The notes below the pieces were generated by a model, which searched no databases, was not told the DNA's origin, and was given only the letters and a program-made list of their open reading frames with translations. A program made the translations under genes and the position numbers. From Pseudomonadota bacterium (GTDB lineage: Bacteria; Pseudomonadota; Gammaproteobacteria; JAKAQQ01), in the NCBI GenBank assembly GCA_027320085.1, contig DAHVLZ010000042.1, forward strand, positions 31,319 to 95,318: a stretch of DNA of 64,000 bases, read 5' to 3'. Each line of letters opens with the position of its first letter. The first letter of the stretch is position 1. Positions 58,927 to 64,000 of the stretch are shown in pieces.

Positions 58927-60301
58927 TGCCTGCGGGGCCGAAGCGCCCCGTTGGACCGGCCGTTGCCCGGCCTGCGGAGCCTGGAATACGCTGACGGAGA
59001 AGCAGGGGACCCTGCCGGCCCGCCGGTCCGGGAAATCCCGCCCCACCGAGTCGGCCCAGCTTTTGGCCCTCCAGGAGATTGGCGGTGCACATCAGGACCG
59101 CAGAAGCTCGGGAATCCCGGAACTGGATCGCGTACTGGGCGGCGGGTTGGTGAACGGCTCGGTCGTGCTCGTGGGTGGTGATCCCGGAATCGGGAAGTCC
59201 ACCCTTGTTCTCCAGGCTGCTGCCCTCCTCGCTCAGGATGAGCCCGTGGTCTATGTCAGTGGAGAGGAATCACCCGAACAGGTGGCAGCACGAAGCCGGC
59301 GGTTGGGCCTCAAAGGAGAACGACTTTTTCTGGTGGCAGAAACCCATCTTGAAACCATTCTCCCCTTGATCGAGCAGGCCCGTCCGCGTCTCGCGGTGAT
59401 CGATTCGATCCAAACCATTTACAGCGACCTGACCGAATCCCCGCCGGGTTCCGCCACGCAGTTACGGGAGTCCACGGCGGCGCTGGTGCGGATGGCTAAA
59501 AAAACCGGAATTTGTTTCTTCATCATCGGTCATGTGACCAAGGAGGGGGCCATTGCAGGTCCCCGGGTCCTGGAGCACCTTGTGGATACCGTCCTTTATT
59601 TCGAAAACGATGCAGGGAGCCGCTACCGTCTGATCCGTTCCGTGAAGAACCGCTTTGGTTCGGCGAACGAGCTGGGTGTTTTTGTCATGACGGATACCGG
59701 ACTGCGTGAAGTCCGCAACCCATCAGCCATCTTCCTTTCGAACCGTCTAGAGTCCGTCAGCGGGAGTGTGGTGGCTGTGATCCGTGAGGGGAACCGTCCT
59801 CTTTTGGTTGAGGTGCAGGCCCTGGTTGATGAAACCCCAATTGTCCCTCCCCGGCGAATCACGGTGGGATCAGACTCGCAGCGCCTGATTCTCTTGCTGG
59901 CCATTTTCAACCGTCATGGCGGCCATTCGGTCAGTGGCCGTGATGTGTTTGTCAATATCGCCGGCGGACTACGCGTTTCTGAGACGGCGATCGATCTTCC
60001 CCTTCTCCTTGCGGTCTGGTCGAATTTGGTCAACCAGCCTTTGCCACGCGATCTCGTGGCGTTTGGCGAGGTGGGTCTGAACGGTGAAATTCGTCCGGTT
60101 TTCGGCGGAGAGGAGAGGCTGCAGGAAGCATGGAAGCACGGTTTCCGGAAGGCCTTGGTCCCCAAAGGTAACTTGCCCCGTTCAGGCCGGGTTGTGCATG
60201 CTGGATTTCGGGCAGTTGAAAACTTTGCAGCGTGTATTTCAGCCTTGACCGGAGATCCGCAGTTTCGGTCTAATCCGGACAAACCCGTTCAGCCGGATTG
60301 A
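58895..60301 (+). CDS. radA: DNA repair protein RadA/Sms
   Basis: CDAC...CPAC zinc finger, GDPGIGKST, IDSIQT, KNRFG, GEVGLNGEIR. Confidence 0.97.
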   Translation: MPRAAAPYRCDACGAEAPRWTGRCPACGAWNTLTEKQGTLPARRSGKSRPTESAQLLALQEIGGAHQDRRSSGIPELDRVLGGGLVNGSVVLVGGDPGIGKSTLVLQAAALLAQDEPVVYVSGEESPEQVAARSRRLGLKGERLFLVAETHLETILPLIEQARPRLAVIDSIQTIYSDLTESPPGSATQLRESTAALVRMAKKTGICFFIIGHVTKEGAIAGPRVLEHLVDTVLYFENDAGSRYRLIRSVKNRFGSANELGVFVMTDTGLREVRNPSAIFLSNRLESVSGSVVAVIREGNRPLLVEVQALVDETPIVPPRRITVGSDSQRLILLLAIFNRHGGHSVSGRDVFVNIAGGLRVSETAIDLPLLLAVWSNLVNQPLPRDLVAFGEVGLNGEIRPVFGGEERLQEAWKHGFRKALVPKGNLPRSGRVVHAGFRAVENFAACISALTGDPQFRSNPDKPVQPD

Positions 60302-60327
60302 TATTGGGAATCACTTCAAAGTCAGGG

Positions 60328-60729
60328 TCACGGGCGAATTTCGATGGGTGCCGGACGCTGGTTGCCATCAATATGGACATAGGTCAGTTGTGCTGTGGAG
60401 ACGAGGTGGCTCTCGATGGCTCCGAGGTCAATGGGGCGCTCCACGAAAACAGATACATCGATGGTGACTGAGGTGTGGCCGATCCGGGACCGATCGGTAT
60501 AAAAACTGACCACATCCCCCACGTAGACGGGCTTTAGAAATATGAACTCGTTGACGGCAACCGTGACCACGCGTCCTCCCGCGATGCGGTAAGCGAGAAT
60601 AGCCCCTGCGATGTCCGCGTGTGACATGAGCCAGCCCCCAAAGATATCTCCGACTCCATTGGTATCTTTCGGCATCGCGAGGGTGGAGACCGTGGCTGCC
60701 CGGTCATGGGGAGGGGAGGTAAAGTGCAT
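60328..60729 (-). CDS. Acyl-CoA thioesterase (YciA-like hotdog fold)
   Basis: MPKDTN--GDIFGGWLMS--DIAG, VVTVAV, PVYVGD, IG-TS, TYV-ID. Confidence 0.9.
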   Translation of the reverse strand: MHFTSPPHDRAATVSTLAMPKDTNGVGDIFGGWLMSHADIAGAILAYRIAGGRVVTVAVNEFIFLKPVYVGDVVSFYTDRSRIGHTSVTIDVSVFVERPIDLGAIESHLVSTAQLTYVHIDGNQRPAPIEIRP

Positions 60730-60766
60730 CGATCTGTGCTGTGCGTCGGATTCGGCGGCAAGGATC

Positions 60767-62815
60767 CTAGTGGGTGGTTGGGGGAAGTAACGCGGACCAT
60801 CCAGGATCCGGCTTGAAGCGTTCGCCAAACCGGGTTTCAAAGTGGCAGAGACGTTCGTAGATCGAGTGAGGGCCGGTTTCCCGGATGTAACGGAGCGGTC
60901 CACCCCGGAACGGTGCAAACCCAGTGCCAAAAATGACTCCCGCGTCGATCAGATCATCATCTGCAACCACCTGCTCACGACGGCAGGCGATGACTTCATT
61001 GAGCATCGGCAAAAGAAGCCGGTCCATGAGGTCCGTGTTGCCGAGCCGGGCCCGGGACAGGTCCTTGAGGGCTTTCCCATCCCGGTAGCGGTAGAAACCC
61101 TGGCCGGTTTTTTTACCGAATTGGCCAGCGTTGACCTTGTTTTGGAGCAGCTCGGGGACTGGTTTTCCTAGTTCCTCTGCGAAGATTCCAGCGACAGACA
61201 GGGCCACATCGAGGCCGACTGTATCCGCCAGTTCGACCGGCCCCATGGGCATCCCGAAGTCCAGTGCGGCCTGGTCGATGGCCTCGAAGGGAATTCCTTC
61301 CATGCTGGCTTGAACGGCTTCCAGGAGATAAGGCATGAGAACCCGATTCACGAGAAAACCCGGCATGCTCCTGACCGGTACTGGAAGACGGTCGATGAGG
61401 CGGACAAAGCTCAAGGCCCGAGCGGTGACCGCAGGATCCGTTCCCGGGCTGTGCACAACTTCCACGAGGGGCATTTTGGCCACGGGATTGAAAAAATGGA
61501 TGCCCACCAGTCTCCCGGGATTCTCGAGATCGGCACTCAGCTTTTCGAGGCGGATACTGGACGTGTTGGTTGCCAGGATGGCGAGCGGTTTGAGCCGTCC
61601 TTCGATTGTCGCATAGAGTTTTTTCTTGGCTTCGAGATTCTCTGAGATGGCTTCGATCACGACGTCCGCTTCCGCTAGGGAATTGCCTCCAATATCCATT
61701 CGCAGTCGTCCGGTCGCTTCAGCAACCTGCTGGGGATCGTGGAGCTGGCGCTCAAACAGTTTCCGGGCACGTGCCAAGGCGGGCTCGACAAAACGGGCTT
61801 CCCGGTCTTCGAGCGTGACTTTGAAGCCACGGAGGGCGCACCACGCTGCAATATCGCCGCCCATGACCCCGGCGCCAATCACGTGGACGTGTCGGACTTC
61901 CAGTTCGGAACGTTTTCCGAGTGCCTTGAGCTTGTCTTGGAGCAGAAAGACTCTGACCAGATTGCGTGCGGTGGGGGAATCCATGAGGCTGGCGATGGAA
62001 TGTGCCTCGGCCTCGTAGTGTGCCGGGGTCGCCGCGGCACCAAAACGTTCCCACAGGGAAATGACTGCGTACGGTGCCGGGTAGAAATCAGGCCGCGCAT
62101 GTTTTTTTACCTGGTCCCGGAGACGACGAGCGATCCAGGGCCGGAGCAGAGTGAGGTTGAGAAGATTGGCGCCATATCCCGGACGATGGACCGGTGGGGT
62201 TTCAAACAAAAGCAAGCGGGCCTCACTCCGGCCCTGCTCCAAATCGCCAACCATCCGATCGGCCAGACCGATTTTGAGCGCGTGGCCTGCTTGAACCGGG
62301 TTGCCGCGCAAAATCATCTGCAGGGCGGCTGTGGGACCGATCAGGCGGACGCTCCGCACCGTTCCTCCGAATCCCGGATGAATCCCGAGTTTGATTTCCG
62401 GTAGGCCGAGTTTTGCACCTTTGACAATTACCCGGTAGCGGCAGGCCAAGGCCAGTTCCAGGCCTCCTCCCATACAGAAGCCGTGAATCAATGAGACCGT
62501 TGGAAACGGCAGGTTTTCGATCTCGGAAAAAATCTTCTGACCGTTTCGGATAAGGGCTAACGCCTCGTCGGCATTCTTGAGAGTCGTAAACTCCTTGATA
62601 TCTGCGCCTGCGATAAATCCATTTTTCTTCTTGGAGTAAATGACCAGTCCACGGGGTGAGGCTGCGGCAATTTCATGGATCCGTGTGCCCAACTCGGCAA
62701 CCACTGCCTGCGAGAGCGTATTGGTCCCACTATCCGGATGATCGAGTGCAAGCCATGCCAACCGCTCGTTATCTACCTCATACGACCAATGCGAAACCAT
62801 TGGAATGACTCCCAT
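60767..62815 (-). CDS. Fatty-acid oxidation complex alpha subunit (enoyl-CoA hydratase/3-hydroxyacyl-CoA dehydrogenase, FadJ-like)
   Basis: FIAGADI, GGGLELALAC, GLPEIKLG, GAGVMGGDI, ATNTSS, HFFNPV, MPMGP; own TATAAT at 62838-33. Confidence 0.93.
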   Translation of the reverse strand: MGVIPMVSHWSYEVDNERLAWLALDHPDSGTNTLSQAVVAELGTRIHEIAAASPRGLVIYSKKKNGFIAGADIKEFTTLKNADEALALIRNGQKIFSEIENLPFPTVSLIHGFCMGGGLELALACRYRVIVKGAKLGLPEIKLGIHPGFGGTVRSVRLIGPTAALQMILRGNPVQAGHALKIGLADRMVGDLEQGRSEARLLLFETPPVHRPGYGANLLNLTLLRPWIARRLRDQVKKHARPDFYPAPYAVISLWERFGAAATPAHYEAEAHSIASLMDSPTARNLVRVFLLQDKLKALGKRSELEVRHVHVIGAGVMGGDIAAWCALRGFKVTLEDREARFVEPALARARKLFERQLHDPQQVAEATGRLRMDIGGNSLAEADVVIEAISENLEAKKKLYATIEGRLKPLAILATNTSSIRLEKLSADLENPGRLVGIHFFNPVAKMPLVEVVHSPGTDPAVTARALSFVRLIDRLPVPVRSMPGFLVNRVLMPYLLEAVQASMEGIPFEAIDQAALDFGMPMGPVELADTVGLDVALSVAGIFAEELGKPVPELLQNKVNAGQFGKKTGQGFYRYRDGKALKDLSRARLGNTDLMDRLLLPMLNEVIACRREQVVADDDLIDAGVIFGTGFAPFRGGPLRYIRETGPHSIYERLCHFETRFGERFKPDPGWSALLPPTTH

Positions 62816-62945
62816 CTTTTGTTCGCGGTCTCATTATAGCCCGGGACGCCGATACTGACCGGGAGTGAAGCTGGCCGATCCGGTTGGGGATGGCTGGGGA
62901 GGGGACTGACGTGGGGCTCAGTCCTGAAATGGCGGAGCGCTTGGC

Positions 62946-63692
62946 TTAATGAAGCCGACAGTCACAGATGAGCGGCAAATGGTCCGAATAACGGACATGC
63001 GGGATGCGGAAATTGTAGATTTCGATCTCCGGGCTGGCCAGGATAAAGTCCAGCTGCTTTCGGGGGCGTTGGCTCGGATAGGTAGGTTCGCCGGCAGTGT
63101 TGGCGGTCACGAGGTGGGTCGCAGCCGAGAAAAGCTTGATTTCGTAATCACCCCAGAGGGTGTTGAAATCGCCCGCGACCACGACCGGTTTGGAACTGGT
63201 CTTGACAAGATCATAGAGGTCCGACAATTGGTAATGCCGATGCCGGTATTTGAGCGAGAGGTGGACCAGAAAAATCCGGATTCCTTCAAACTCAAGCTCG
63301 ATCAGGAGCCGCTTGACGCCCGTCTCGAAATAATGGAAATGAACCTGCCCGAGACCTCCCCGGGTGATGAACGCGTTGGCCTGCTTCCTGACGACTGGCA
63401 GGCGGGTCAGGAGCGAACGCGGCGCGTACTTGCATTCCCAGTGTGCCCCGTGACTGCCCAAAGCTTCTGCAATGGCTTCTGCCTGGTTGATCCGGCCACT
63501 GCGCAGCGATCCCGAGTCCACTTCGACCAGGGCCAGGATATCCGGATTCAGTGAACGCAGGTACCGGCGCAGTCGATGGAACCGGACTTTCGTGTCTCTC
63601 AAGTAGCCCGCCCCGGGCATCGGCAGGTTGAAGGTCGCACCGGTTCCCGTGGCGTATCGCATGTTGTAGACAATAAGGCGGAAGTTCTGCAC
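62946..63692 (-). CDS. Endonuclease/exonuclease/phosphatase (EEP) family protein
   Basis: VYNM, LVEVD, VHL, AGDFN, LDFI, SDHLP; start refined to GTG 63692. Confidence 0.88.
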   Translation of the reverse strand: MQNFRLIVYNMRYATGTGATFNLPMPGAGYLRDTKVRFHRLRRYLRSLNPDILALVEVDSGSLRSGRINQAEAIAEALGSHGAHWECKYAPRSLLTRLPVVRKQANAFITRGGLGQVHFHYFETGVKRLLIELEFEGIRIFLVHLSLKYRHRHYQLSDLYDLVKTSSKPVVVAGDFNTLWGDYEIKLFSAATHLVTANTAGEPTYPSQRPRKQLDFILASPEIEIYNFRIPHVRYSDHLPLICDCRLH

Positions 63693-63839
63693 GAGGGGGT
63701 ATTTGGGTGGCGGTCTCACTATCTTATCTTTAATACCGATGGCCCGAGTGCTTTGAAACGGGCCAGGCAGGTGGGTTTGAATTGGTAGAATCACCTCACG
63801 CGGGTGAGAGGTGCCTTGAGAAGGCCGGGAGATGGTTTC

Positions 63840-64000
63840 TTGAAAACCCAGACTGCATACCCTTTATTGCTGGCCGGTGACATTGGCGGAACCAAGGCCA
63901 TATTGGAACTTTTCGAGGCGTATCCGGAGGGCCCCCGGAGGGTTCGTCAGGGGGAAGTCGAGTGTGTTGACTACGAGTCGCTGGAAGCGCTGCTGGCCTC
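63840..64000 (+). CDS. glk: Glucokinase, 5' part only (runs off the window; absent from the ORF track)
   Basis: TTG start gives MKTQTAYPLLLAGDIGGTKA...DYESLEALL; LAGDIGGT ATP-binding motif; TGgTAGAAT upstream. Confidence 0.82.
   Translation, partial: MKTQTAYPLLLAGDIGGTKAILELFEAYPEGPRRVRQGEVECVDYESLEALLA

Overview
GC-rich (roughly 60-63% by eye) core-chromosome segment of a gammaproteobacterium, made up almost entirely of conserved housekeeping blocks: ftsK-lolA-rarA; uvrB-tRNA-Val; thrS-infC-rpmI-rplT-pheST-ihfA-merR-tRNA-Pro; smpB/ratAB/bamE/recN/nadK; hrcA-grpE-dnaK-dnaJ; hemN/fnr; queG/nnr-tsaE-amiB-mutL-miaA-hfq-hflXKC-purA; tRNA-Leu; rnr-rlmB; rpsF-rpsR-DUF2232-rplI-dnaB-alr-radA; fadJ-like gene plus thioesterase; and the start of glk. 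I found no prophage, CRISPR array, integrase or defence island, and I cannot claim a clearly novel multi-gene system. The most notable signals are: (1) an IS481-family transposase relic, missed by the ORF track, pressed against the 3' end of tRNA-Pro and collapsed by three microhomology-bounded deletions; (2) strongly basic, acid-depleted exported proteins (LolA, BamE, AmiB, very divergent HflK/HflC), suggesting an acidophile; (3) an orphan ArsS-type radical SAM gene plus a secreted serine hydrolase between tRNA-Val and thrS; (4) an uncharacterised ferritin-like diiron protein and a photolyase beside an FNR-controlled hemN/fnr switch; (5) a ~24% GC patch upstream of amiB; (6) non-canonical translation starts (ATC for infC, possibly ftsK; apparently leaderless smpB and mutL). 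All calls come from manual motif and synteny recognition; no searches were run.
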